From contig JAOPYB010000305.1 in NCBI GenBank assembly GCA_025964835.1, positions 1-41,855 on the forward strand: DNA of 41,855 nt, in the 5' to 3' direction. Position numbers and translations under genes: made by a program. Positions 12,535 to 21,285 of the stretch are shown piece by piece. The stretch is from Nocardioides sp. Lineage in GTDB: Bacteria; Actinomycetota; Actinomycetes; Propionibacteriales; Nocardioidaceae. A model generated the notes under the pieces. It did not search any database. It had not been told where the DNA came from and saw only the letters and a list, made by a program, of their open reading frames with translations. Numbering within the stretch: position 1 is the stretch's first letter; every line of letters begins with the position of its first letter.

Positions 12535-14103
12535 TCAGCTCTGCTTGGCCTGCTGCTTGATCCGGGTGGTGAGCTCGGTGACCTGGTGGAAGACGTTGCG
12601 ACGCTCGGCGAGGTCCTTGCGGATGCGCCGGTCGGCGTTCATCACCGTGGTGTGGTCGCGGCCGCCGAACTGCTGGCCGATCTTGGGCAGCGAGAGCTCG
12701 GTGAGCTCGCGGCAGAGGTACATCGCGATCTGCCGGGCGGTGACCAGGGCGCGGGTGCGGCTCGGGCCGCACAGGTCCTCGATGCTGAACCCGAAGTAGG
12801 ACGCGGTCTGGGCGATGATCAGCCCGGCGGTGACCTCGGGCTCACCGCCCTCGGGGATCAGGTCCTTGAGCACGATCTCAGCCAGGGTCATGTCGACCTC
12901 CTGCTGGTTGATGCTCGCGAAGGCGGTCACCCGGATCAGCGCGCCCTCGAGCTCGCGGATGTTGGTCTGGATCCGCGAGGCGATGAACTCCAGCACGTCG
13001 GCCGGGGCGGAGAGGCGGTCGGCAGCGGCCTTCTTGCGCAGGATCGCGATCCGCGTCTCCAGGTCGGGCGGCTGGACGTCGGTGAGCAGACCCCACTCGA
13101 AGCGGTTGCGCAGGCGGTCCTCGAGCTGGGTCAGGCGCTTGGGCGGGCGGTCGGAGCTGATCACGATCTGCTTGTTGGCGTTGTGCAGCGTGTTGAAGGT
13201 GTGGAAGAACTCCTCCTGCGTCTGCTGCTTGCCCTCGAGGAACTGGATGTCGTCGACCAGGAGCACGTCGACGTCGCGGTAGCGGCGCTGCAGGGCGGCG
13301 GTGTTGGCGTCCTTGATCGCGTTGATCACGTCGTTGGTGAACGCCTCCGAGGAGACGTAGCGGATCTTCGCCCCGGTCCACAGGTTGCGCACGTAGTGGC
13401 CGATGGCGTGCAGCAGGTGGGTCTTGCCCAACCCGGAGTCGCCGTAGACCAGCAGCGGGTTGTAGGCCTTGCCCGGGGCCTCGGCCACGGCCACCGCCGC
13501 GGCGTGGGCGAACCGGTTGCTGGACCCGATCACGAAGGTCTCGAAGGAGTAGCGCGGGTTCAGCGGGCTGTCCGGGATGCCGGTGGTCAGTGAGGCGCTC
13601 GACGTCCGTGTCGACATATCACTTTGTCGATGTGTCGGCTGGCGCAACGATGGCCGGACGTCGTGCGCCGGCGCACTCGGCGGGGAGGCGGCCATCGAGG
13701 CGCCCGGGTTGCCCTGGGCCGACAGCGCTCCACCGAACTGGGGAGCCGCGTCCAGCCCGGAGTCGTGGGCGGGTCCCGGCTCGATGGTGAGCCCCGGCTC
13801 GGCCGCCGGCTGCTGGGCGGGCGGGTCGACCTCCAGGGTCGGGTCCACGCTCACCGCCAGCCGGATGGGCTTGCCCAGGCGCTCGCTCAAGGTGTCCTCG
13901 ATGCGGGTCCGCAGGCGTCCCTCGAGCTGGTTGCGGGTGAACTCGTTGGGCACGGCCACCACGGCGGTGCTCTCCGCGAGCATCAGCGGCTTGCTGGAGG
14001 TGAGCCAGACCCGCTGGTTGGGGGGCAGGCTGTCCACGATGCCCGGCCAGAGCACCTCGAGCTCACTGGCCTCGCTGGTGCCTGGGTTCTGTGTAGCGTC
14101 CAC
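12535..14103 (-). CDS. dnaA: Chromosomal replication initiator DnaA
   Basis: LNPRYSFETFVIGSSNRFAHAAA, YGDSGLGKTHL, LLVDDIQF, NIRELEGAL, GGRDHTTV; probable GTG start at 14103 (the track's 14319 start crosses DnaA boxes). Confidence 0.98.
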   Translation of the reverse strand: MDATQNPGTSEASELEVLWPGIVDSLPPNQRVWLTSSKPLMLAESTAVVAVPNEFTRNQLEGRLRTRIEDTLSERLGKPIRLAVSVDPTLEVDPPAQQPAAEPGLTIEPGPAHDSGLDAAPQFGGALSAQGNPGASMAASPPSAPAHDVRPSLRQPTHRQSDMSTRTSSASLTTGIPDSPLNPRYSFETFVIGSSNRFAHAAAVAVAEAPGKAYNPLLVYGDSGLGKTHLLHAIGHYVRNLWTGAKIRYVSSEAFTNDVINAIKDANTAALQRRYRDVDVLLVDDIQFLEGKQQTQEEFFHTFNTLHNANKQIVISSDRPPKRLTQLEDRLRNRFEWGLLTDVQPPDLETRIAILRKKAAADRLSAPADVLEFIASRIQTNIRELEGALIRVTAFASINQQEVDMTLAEIVLKDLIPEGGEPEVTAGLIIAQTASYFGFSIEDLCGPSRTRALVTARQIAMYLCRELTELSLPKIGQQFGGRDHTTVMNADRRIRKDLAERRNVFHQVTELTTRIKQQAKQS

Positions 14104-14169
14104 GCCGCGTCGCGCTCCCCTTCGATGGCTGTGCCGCGGTGGAGACCCCTCAGATCCGTGAGGGACCCA

Positions 14170-14465
14170 AGACTCCACACCTTTGTCCACAGGTTGTGCA
14201 ATATCGAAGGATGTCCCAATTTGGGAAATCCAGCGACTTTCAGTGCCGACCGTCTGCCCCCCGGCGGTCCCACATGTTCGCGAGGACGGCCTCGTCGAGG
14301 AGGCCCGTGTCCGCGACATCCGCCAGCTGATCGCCCGCAGGGCCGATCGGTCGTGTGGGGCCGTCCGGGAGGGGCTGACGCTAACAACTCTGCGCCCTGT
14401 GGATCAACCGTTGTCCACAGGTCCTGGCCGGGATATCGCCAGGTTGCGGCGTGTCGGTGGAAAAG
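14170..14465. promoter_or_regulatory. DnaA-box cluster upstream of dnaA
   Basis: Perfect TTGTCCACA at 14183-14191 and 14411-14419; near-matches TGTGGATCA (14398-14406) and GGTGGAAAA (14456-14464). Confidence 0.85.
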
Positions 14466-14725
14466 CCTGGGAGAGTGGGCTGTCAGGCTGCCCGGTTGGG
14501 CGCGCTGATCGCCGCGCCGGGCCGTCGTACGACTGAATTGACCCTGTCGCAGCGCAACGCGTACCGTTGGCAGGTCTGAACCGGCGTCGACCGGTGCCGC
14601 ATGTCCATGACAGTCCGCATCTTGCGTGGGCGAGCGGTGCCAGTTGACCGAACAACTGGCGTGATCCGCACGACCCGACCCGGTGACCGGACTGTCCGCA
14701 TTACCCCCTGAGTGGAGTGAGTACG

Positions 14726-14863
14726 TTGAGCAAGCGCACGTTCCAGCCGAACAACCGTCGTCGGCACAAGACCCACGGTTTCCGACTGCGGATGCGCACG
14801 CGCGCAGGCCGCGCGGTGCTCGCCTCCCGTCGTCGTAAGGGCCGCGACCGCCTCGCAGCCTGA
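14726..14863 (+). CDS. rpmH: 50S ribosomal protein L34
   Basis: TTG start; [45 protein letters not shown]; below the ORF-track size cutoff. Confidence 0.98.
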   Translation: MSKRTFQPNNRRRHKTHGFRLRMRTRAGRAVLASRRRKGRDRLAA

Positions 14864-14880
14864 GGCGTGAGCAGCCGGGC

Positions 14881-15273
14881 GTGCTTTCCCCCAGCAATCG
14901 CCTGACCTCACCCGTGCACTTCCGGGAGGTCGTGCGCCGTGGCCGGCGCTGCGGGGGACCCCTGATGGTGGTCCACCTGCTCGTGCCGTCGGCCGACCGC
15001 GCCCACCTGTCCCTCCCGCAGGCGCCACGGGTGGGGTTCGTCGTCTCCAAGGCGGTTGGTCCGGCCGTGGTCCGCAACCTGGTCAAGCGACGCCTGCGCC
15101 ACCTGGCCCGGGAACGGACGGCCAGTCTTTCCCCGCGTGACATGCTCGTGGTCCGCGCTCTCCCGGCGGCCGCGGACGCGTCGTACGACGAGCTCGCCCG
15201 GGAGCTGGACCGGTGCCTCGCCAAGCTGGGGGTGGCCGCAGGAAACGCGGTGGACGTGGAGGTTCTCAGGTGA
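14881..15273 (+). CDS. rnpA: Ribonuclease P protein component
   Basis: [25 protein letters not shown] (RNR motif); follows rpmH. Confidence 0.96.
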   Translation: MLSPSNRLTSPVHFREVVRRGRRCGGPLMVVHLLVPSADRAHLSLPQAPRVGFVVSKAVGPAVVRNLVKRRLRHLARERTASLSPRDMLVVRALPAAADASYDELARELDRCLAKLGVAAGNAVDVEVLR

Positions 15274-15506
15274 AGTTCCTGCTGATCGCCTTGTTGCGCG
15301 GATATCGGCTCGTGATCAGCCCGCTTTACGGCCAAGTGTGCCGCTATCACCCGACCTGCTCGGCGTACGCCCTGGAAGCGATCACCGTGCACGGCGCCCT
15401 CAAGGGAACCTGGCTCGCCGCCCGTAGGGTCGGGCGGTGCCACCCCTGGGCCTTGGGTGGACATGACCCTGTTCCTCCCCATCGTGAAATGACTCGAGGA
15501 GTCTGA
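15270..15506 (+). CDS. yidD: Membrane protein insertion efficiency factor YidD
   Basis: [19 protein letters not shown]...RCHPW..GG.DPVP; GTGA overlap with the rnpA stop. Confidence 0.95.
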   Translation: MKFLLIALLRGYRLVISPLYGQVCRYHPTCSAYALEAITVHGALKGTWLAARRVGRCHPWALGGHDPVPPHREMTRGV

Positions 15507-16577
15507 GTGTCCTTCTTCACGGATATCGGCGGCTTCATCATGAAGCCGCTGTACTTCCTGATCAGCGCCGTCATGCTGGGCCTGCACCGGGTCTTCGGTG
15601 GCATCTTCGGCGACGCCTCGGGGGTGTCCTGGGCGCTGTCGATCATCGGGCTGACCATCGTCATCCGCGCGCTGCTGATCCCGCTGTTCGTCAAGCATAT
15701 CAAGTCCAGCCGCAACATGCAGCTGCTCCAGCCGAAGGTCAAGGAGCTGCAGGCGAAGTACGGTCACGACCGGGAGCGTCTCGCCCAGGAGACGATGAAC
15801 CTCTACCGGGAGACGAAGACCAACCCGTTCTCCTCGTGCCTGCCCCTGATCGTGCAGATGCCCATCTTCATCGGCCTGTTCCGGATCATCGACCAGGCTG
15901 CCAAGAACGGCTCCGGCCGCGGCCTGGTGACCGACGAGCAGGCGCGCGAGCTGCGTGACGCCACCATCTTCGGGTCGGTGAAGATCTCCGAGTCGTTCAC
16001 CAATGCCCACGGCAACGTGACCGTGCAGATCTTCGCGGGCATCCTGGTGCTGGCGATGACGGCCACCACGTTCCTCACCCAGCGCCAGCTGATGAGCAAG
16101 AACATGCCGGCCGACGCGCTCAGCGGCCCCTACGCCCAGCAGCAAAAGCTGCTCCTCTACGTGCTTCCGGTCGTGTTCGCGGTGGGCGGCATCGCCTTCC
16201 CGATCGGCGTCCTCCTCTACTGGACGACCTCGAACCTGTGGACCATGGGCCAGCAGTTCTACGTGATCCGCAACAACCCGGCGCCGAACACCGAGGCCTT
16301 CCGGGCCAAGGTGGCCCGCGACGCCGAGAAGGCCAAGCGCAAGGGCCACTCGCCCAAGGAGTCCGCCGGCAGCACCGTGGTCGAGGACACCCCGGCCCCG
16401 CCGCCCAAGCCGGTGCAGCGCCAGCAGCCCAAGAAGATGACGCGCGACCAGCGCCGTCGCCAGCAGCAGCAACAGCAGGGCGGTAAGTCCGGCGGGCCCG
16501 CGAAGGACGCCGCGAACGACCCTCAGACCGATGACCAGTCGAACGACCCCCCGAGTGATCAGGGAGAAGACAAGTGA
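15507..16577 (+). CDS. yidC: Membrane protein insertase YidC
   Basis: NPFSSCLPLIVQMPIF, GVLLYWTTSNLWTMGQQ; multiple TMs; operon position. Confidence 0.97.
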   Translation: MSFFTDIGGFIMKPLYFLISAVMLGLHRVFGGIFGDASGVSWALSIIGLTIVIRALLIPLFVKHIKSSRNMQLLQPKVKELQAKYGHDRERLAQETMNLYRETKTNPFSSCLPLIVQMPIFIGLFRIIDQAAKNGSGRGLVTDEQARELRDATIFGSVKISESFTNAHGNVTVQIFAGILVLAMTATTFLTQRQLMSKNMPADALSGPYAQQQKLLLYVLPVVFAVGGIAFPIGVLLYWTTSNLWTMGQQFYVIRNNPAPNTEAFRAKVARDAEKAKRKGHSPKESAGSTVVEDTPAPPPKPVQRQQPKKMTRDQRRRQQQQQQGGKSGGPAKDAANDPQTDDQSNDPPSDQGEDK

Positions 16578-17233
16578 GTGAACCCGTGAACGAGCCCATC
16601 GAGTCCGACGTGCAGACCGACGAGACCACCTCCGGGGCGACGCCCGACGCCGCGCCCGAGGAGGCCGCCGCGGCGGCGGTGACCGACGACGCCGACGACG
16701 ACGCCGACGCCGACGACGACACCGAGTCCGACGACCCTTCCGCTGAGTCCGACGACTCCGAGGGCCGCCCCGGCCGCCGGGAGCGCCTGGAGCAGGAGGG
16801 CGACATCGCGGCGGACTACCTCGAGGAGCTGCTCGAGATCACCGACCTGGACGGCGACCTGGACATGGACGTCGAGGGTGACCGGGCCACCGTGTCGATC
16901 GTCGGGGCGAACCTGCCCCAGCTGGTCGGTCCCCAGGGCGAGGTGCTGGAGGCCCTCCAGGAGCTGACCCGCCTGGCCGTCTACCGGGAGACCGGTGAGC
17001 GCTCGCGACTGATGCTCGACGTGAGCGGACACCGCGCAGCCCGTCGTACGGCGCTGGAGGTGCAGGCCACCGAGATCGTCGCCCAGGTCAAGGAGTCCGG
17101 CGAGCGCGCCTCCCTGGAGCCGATGTCGCCGTTCGAGCGCAAGGTCGTGCACGACGTCGTCGCCGCGGCCGGTCTGAAGTCCGAGTCCGAGGGCACCGAG
17201 CCCCGCCGCTACGTGGTGGTGCTGCCCGGGTGA
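16574..17233 (+). CDS. jag: Jag/KhpB-type KH + R3H RNA-binding protein
   Basis: EGDIAADYLEELL, LVGPQGEVLEALQEL, PMSPFERKVVH (R3H), SESEGTEPRRYVVV. Confidence 0.93.
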   Translation: MSEPVNEPIESDVQTDETTSGATPDAAPEEAAAAAVTDDADDDADADDDTESDDPSAESDDSEGRPGRRERLEQEGDIAADYLEELLEITDLDGDLDMDVEGDRATVSIVGANLPQLVGPQGEVLEALQELTRLAVYRETGERSRLMLDVSGHRAARRTALEVQATEIVAQVKESGERASLEPMSPFERKVVHDVVAAAGLKSESEGTEPRRYVVVLPG

Positions 17234-17260
17234 GCAACTCGGTCTGATCTAATTCGCTCG

Positions 17261-17929
17261 ATGAGCGACGATGTTTCACGTGAAACGCCCCCCGCGCCGA
17301 TCAGTGCGCAGGGGGTGTTTGCGTCTGCCCTCCCCCTGGCCGAGCAGTACGCCGACCTGCTGGCGGGCGAGGCCACGGTTCGCGGGCTGATCGGTCCCCG
17401 GGAAGTCCCCCGGCTCTGGGAGAGGCACCTGCTCAACTGCGCCGTGATCACCGATCTGATGGCCCTGGACAGCACCGTGTGCGACATCGGCAGCGGCGCC
17501 GGGCTCCCAGGAATCGTCCTCGCGATCCGGCGCCCCGACCTCCAGGTGACATTGGTGGAGCCTTTGCTGCGTCGCACCACGTTTCTGGACCTCGCTGTGT
17601 CCACAATGGGACTGGCCAACGTGCGCGTCCATCGAGGACGGGCCGAAGAGCTGCACGGGAAATCGAGTTGGGCGGGAGGGTTCGATGTGGTGACGTCACG
17701 AGCGGTGGCTCCCCTGGACCGGCTTGCCGGCTGGTCTCTCCCGCTGGTCCGCCAGGGCGGGCTCTTCCTGGCCATGAAGGGCTCCTCGGCGCCCGAGGAG
17801 GTCGAGTCGGCAGCGGCGACGATCCGCCGGTACGGCGGGGTGGACCCCCGGGTCGCCAGCGTCGGCGCCGAGTGGGTGACGCCCCCGGTGACCGTGGTCA
17901 GCGTCGGGAAAGCGGGTCAAAAGCGATGA
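17261..17929 (+). CDS. rsmG: 16S rRNA m7G527 methyltransferase RsmG (GidB)
   Basis: GLIGPREVPRLWERHLLN, DIGSGAGLPG, GRAEE, VTSRAVAPL. Confidence 0.97.
   Translation: MSDDVSRETPPAPISAQGVFASALPLAEQYADLLAGEATVRGLIGPREVPRLWERHLLNCAVITDLMALDSTVCDIGSGAGLPGIVLAIRRPDLQVTLVEPLLRRTTFLDLAVSTMGLANVRVHRGRAEELHGKSSWAGGFDVVTSRAVAPLDRLAGWSLPLVRQGGLFLAMKGSSAPEEVESAAATIRRYGGVDPRVASVGAEWVTPPVTVVSVGKAGQKR
17273..17286. promoter_or_regulatory. parS site (inside the 5' end of rsmG)
   Basis: Perfect palindrome GTTTCACGTGAAAC. Confidence 0.93.
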
Positions 17930-18005
17930 ACAGACACTCCGGGATCACGTCATGAGCACGGCGCTGGACCGGCAGGTGGGGTGGTTCGCCAGGACGCGGC
18001 TGAAG

Positions 18006-18070
18006 TTATCCACCGACCGAAGGGGGGCACCTGAGCGTGCCCATCCACAGGCAGGGGGGGTTTATCCACA
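18006..18070. promoter_or_regulatory. DnaA boxes upstream of parA
   Basis: TTATCCACC (18006-18014), CCATCCACA (18041-18049), perfect TTATCCACA (18062-18070). Confidence 0.75.
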
Positions 18071-18079
18071 GGTCCCCCC

Positions 18080-18095
18080 TGTTTCACGTGAAACA
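18080..18095. promoter_or_regulatory. parS site
   Basis: Perfect 16-bp TGTTTCACGTGAAACA. Confidence 0.95.
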
Positions 18096-18113
18096 CAGAT
18101 CGAGGACGGCACG

Positions 18114-19124
18114 GTGAATCAGGTGGAGTCTGCAGCAGTAGGGGCAATTCGGCACACAGGCGTGCGCACGGCCGGTGAAATGGCCGGCGAGCGCACGTCG
18201 TACGACGAATCCACCCCGATGGCCCGCGCGGTCGCCCAGCAGCTGCTGGTGCGCCAGGGCCGTCGGCCGGGCAGTCCGCTGCCCCGCCCGGATCACACCC
18301 GGGTGATGGTGGTGGCCAACCAGAAGGGTGGGGTCGGCAAGACCACGACCGCCGTGAACATGGCCGCCGCGCTGGCCCAGCACGGGCTGCGCGTCCTGGT
18401 GATCGACCTCGACCCCCAGGGCAACGCCTCCACGGCGCTGGCCGTGGACCACCACCGCGGCACCCTCTCCTCCTACGACGTCCTCGTCGACGGGTTGCCG
18501 CTGGCCGACGTCGTCCAGCCCCATCCCGACATCGCCAACCTGTTCGTCGCGCCGGCGACCATCGACCTGGCCGGCGCCGAGATCGAGTTGGTCAGCGTGG
18601 TGGCCCGCGAGAGCCGGCTGCGCAAGGCGATCGCCGCCCATCCCCTCGTCGACGGCGGCGGCGCGGATCGCTTCGACTACGTGCTCATCGACTGCCCGCC
18701 CTCGCTGGGACTGCTCACCTTGAACGCGCTGGTGGCCGGGGCCGAGATGCTGATCCCGATCCAGGCGGAGTACTACGCGCTCGAGGGGCTCGGCCAGCTC
18801 CTGGAGACGGTGGAGATGGTGCGCACTCACCTCAACCAGGACCTCGAGGTGAGCACGATCCTGATCACGATGTACGACTCCCGCACCAACCTGGCGGCAG
18901 GCGTCGCCGCCGAGGTGCGCGAGCACTTCGGGCCGCAGGTGCTCAAGACCGCCATCCCGCGCTCGGTCCGCGTGTCCGAGGCGCCCAGCTATGCGCAGAG
19001 CGTGATGACCTACGATCCGGGATCGCCAGGAGCGCTCAGCTATCTGGAGGCCGCCCGCGAGATGGCGCAGCGCGGGGCCGGACCGCAGCAGGACGACCGC
19101 AGTGACCTCGGAGGGACGCGATGA
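18114..19124 (+). CDS. parA: Chromosome partitioning ATPase ParA
   Basis: ANQKGGVGKTTT, IDLDPQGNAS, IDCPPSLGLLT, IPRSVRVSEAPS; start uncertain (GTG 18114 with GAGGA SD preferred over 17952). Confidence 0.96.
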   Translation: MNQVESAAVGAIRHTGVRTAGEMAGERTSYDESTPMARAVAQQLLVRQGRRPGSPLPRPDHTRVMVVANQKGGVGKTTTAVNMAAALAQHGLRVLVIDLDPQGNASTALAVDHHRGTLSSYDVLVDGLPLADVVQPHPDIANLFVAPATIDLAGAEIELVSVVARESRLRKAIAAHPLVDGGGADRFDYVLIDCPPSLGLLTLNALVAGAEMLIPIQAEYYALEGLGQLLETVEMVRTHLNQDLEVSTILITMYDSRTNLAAGVAAEVREHFGPQVLKTAIPRSVRVSEAPSYAQSVMTYDPGSPGALSYLEAAREMAQRGAGPQQDDRSDLGGTR

Positions 19125-20215
19125 GCAACAAGCAGCCGGCACCGCGACGTGGACTCGGACGGGGTCTGGGATCGCTGATCCCGACCGGGCCACCTGCCCA
19201 GCCCGGGGCGCGCCCGGACGAGATGGGCACCAACGGCTCGTCCTCCTCACAGGGCCTGGGCTACATCGGCTCGCACGCAGCGGCCGCCGCGAGTGCTCCG
19301 GCGACGTCCGCGCCCGACTCGCCGACGGCCGCCGACCCCGTCGCCGCGTCGGAGTCCTCGACAGCCACCCTGGTCGAGGAGCGGCCCGCCGAGATGGCCG
19401 GCGCCTACTTCGCCGAGCTGCCGGTCACCTCGATCACCCCCAACGCCCGCCAGCCCCGCCAGGACTTCGACGAGTCGGCGATGGCCGAGCTGGTGCACTC
19501 CATCTCGGAGGTCGGGCTGCTGCAGCCGGTCGTCGTACGCCGCACCAGTGAGTCGTCGTACGAGCTGATCATGGGTGAGCGCCGCTGGCGGGCCACCCAG
19601 GAGGCGGGCCTGGACACGATCCCGGCCATCGTCCGGCAGACCGGCGACGACGACATGCTCCGGGACGCCCTCCTGGAGAACCTGCACCGCTCCGAGCTCA
19701 ACCCGCTCGAGGAGGCGGCGGCCTACCGGCAGCTCCTGGACGACTTCGGGTGCACCCACGACGAGCTGGCCGGCCGGATCGGGCGCAGCCGACCGCAGAT
19801 CAGCAACACGCTGCGGCTGCTGAACCTCTCTCCTGCCGTTCAGCGTCGCGTGGCGGCGGGCGTTCTCAGCGCAGGACACGCCCGGGCGCTGCTCGGGTTG
19901 ACCGATGCGGCGGCGCAGGACCGGCTCGCCGGGCGGGTCGTGGCCGAGGGCATCTCGGTGCGCAGCCTCGAGGAGCTCGTCTCCGTCGGCGAGGTGGGCC
20001 AGGACGACGAGGGTCCTCGGATCCGGGCCGCTCGCCCGACGGCGCCAGGGCTCTCCGAGCTCGGCGACCGGCTCAGCGACCGGCTCGACACCCGCGTCAA
20101 GCTCACCCTGGGCCGCACCAAGGGGCGGATCTCCATCGAGTTCGCCTCGCTGACCGACCTGGAGCGCATCGTCTCGGTCATCGACCCCCGGAATCGGGAC
20201 GACAGACCGATCTAG
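19121..20215 (+). CDS. parB: Chromosome partitioning protein ParB
   Basis: RRGLGRGLGSLIP, GERRWRA, ENLHRSELNPLEEA, HTH GRSRPQISNTLRLL. Confidence 0.98.
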   Translation: MSNKQPAPRRGLGRGLGSLIPTGPPAQPGARPDEMGTNGSSSSQGLGYIGSHAAAAASAPATSAPDSPTAADPVAASESSTATLVEERPAEMAGAYFAELPVTSITPNARQPRQDFDESAMAELVHSISEVGLLQPVVVRRTSESSYELIMGERRWRATQEAGLDTIPAIVRQTGDDDMLRDALLENLHRSELNPLEEAAAYRQLLDDFGCTHDELAGRIGRSRPQISNTLRLLNLSPAVQRRVAAGVLSAGHARALLGLTDAAAQDRLAGRVVAEGISVRSLEELVSVGEVGQDDEGPRIRAARPTAPGLSELGDRLSDRLDTRVKLTLGRTKGRISIEFASLTDLERIVSVIDPRNRDDRPI

Positions 20216-20224
20216 CCATGAATG

Positions 20225-20280
20225 GCTTTGTCGACAAAGAGCTTTGTCTAACACGGCCCGAGCCGACAAGTCGACAAAGC
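20225..20280. repeat. 8-bp-phased TGTCGACA-type palindrome array
   Basis: CTTTGTCGACAAAG perfect palindrome (20226-20239); related octamers at 20229, 20245, 20261, 20269; outer inverted repeat GCTTTGTCGAC/GTCGACAAAGC. Confidence 0.75.
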
Positions 20281-20305
20281 ATCAAATGGCTTCGTCCAGG
20301 TGTGC

Positions 20306-21106
20306 TCAGCCGACCGCCGGGTCGCCGTCCTGGTCGGCCGGGCCCGCCTCGGCCTTCCGGGCCTTGCGCTCGGCCCGGGCGGCCTTCTCCTCGGCGTCGA
20401 GCTCGATCGCCCGTTCGGGCGTGGGCGCCGTACCCCCATGTGAGGCGGGCAGCCACCAGGAGCCGGGGGGCTGCTCCTCGGCGGGGTAGACGTCGATCGC
20501 CTCCTCGACCAGCGCCGCCAGCCGGCGGTGCAGCTCCGCCGTCTCCGCGACCGGGTCCTCACCGGTGGGGTGCATCGGCTCGCCGACGCGGATGCCGATG
20601 GTCTTGCCCCGGGAGAAGTCGCGCGGGTGGTCCTTGGTCATCAGCCGTTGGGTGCCCCAGAGCGCCACTGGGATCAGGGGTACGCCGGCCTGGGCCGCGA
20701 TCCTGGTCGCCCCGGACTTGAGCTCCTTGACCTCGAAGGAGCGCGAGATGGTCGCCTCCGGGAAGATCCCGACGACCTCGCCGGCCTCGAGGTAGCGCAG
20801 GGCCTCGTCCATCGAGGCGGCGCCGTCACCGCGGTCGACCGAGATGTGGTGCATCGAGCGCATCACCGGACCGCCCACGGAGTGGTCGAACACCTCGCGC
20901 TTGGCCATGAACCGCACCAGCCGCTTGGAGGGTTGGGCGGCCAGTCCGCCGAGGACGAAGTCGATGTAGGAGACGTGGTTGAAGGCCAGCAGGGCTCCGC
21001 CGGTGGTCGGCACGTGCTCGGTGCCACCCATCTGGAACCGCAGCCCGAGCACCTTGAAGAGCACCTTGGCGGTTCGGATGATCGGCGGGTAGCTGATGTC
21101 GCGCAA
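20306..21106 (-). CDS. Lysophospholipid / 1-acyl-glycerol-3-phosphate acyltransferase (PlsC family)
   Basis: NHVSYID (HX4D), FMAKRE, GIFPEATISRS, GATRIA. Confidence 0.9.
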   Translation of the reverse strand: MRDISYPPIIRTAKVLFKVLGLRFQMGGTEHVPTTGGALLAFNHVSYIDFVLGGLAAQPSKRLVRFMAKREVFDHSVGGPVMRSMHHISVDRGDGAASMDEALRYLEAGEVVGIFPEATISRSFEVKELKSGATRIAAQAGVPLIPVALWGTQRLMTKDHPRDFSRGKTIGIRVGEPMHPTGEDPVAETAELHRRLAALVEEAIDVYPAEEQPPGSWWLPASHGGTAPTPERAIELDAEEKAARAERKARKAEAGPADQDGDPAVG

Positions 21107-21162
21107 CGGAGGTCCTCACGGTGGTTCGGCGTCGGGAGTGCGTCCCGATCGTGCCACGGACC

Positions 21163-21229
21163 CGGATAGTCCGAGGTCCAGAGCACCATGTGGACGGGCC
21201 GGATGGTGCTTTCGGCCTCGGACTATCCG
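21163..21229. repeat. Long inverted repeat between divergent genes
   Basis: CGGATAGTCCGAGG/CCTCGGACTATCCG (14 bp perfect) plus inner AGCACCAT/ATGGTGCT; 13-nt loop. Confidence 0.85.
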
Positions 21230-21285
21230 TTCCGACGGCGGATCCCCGGCCGAAAACAAGGTGACTGCTCTGCGAGACTGGTGGC

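Noticed and set aside
16461-16720. CAG run in yidC and GACGCC-type repeats in jag
   Set aside because: In-frame low-complexity Gln and Asp/Ala linkers; not phase-variable tracts or arrays.
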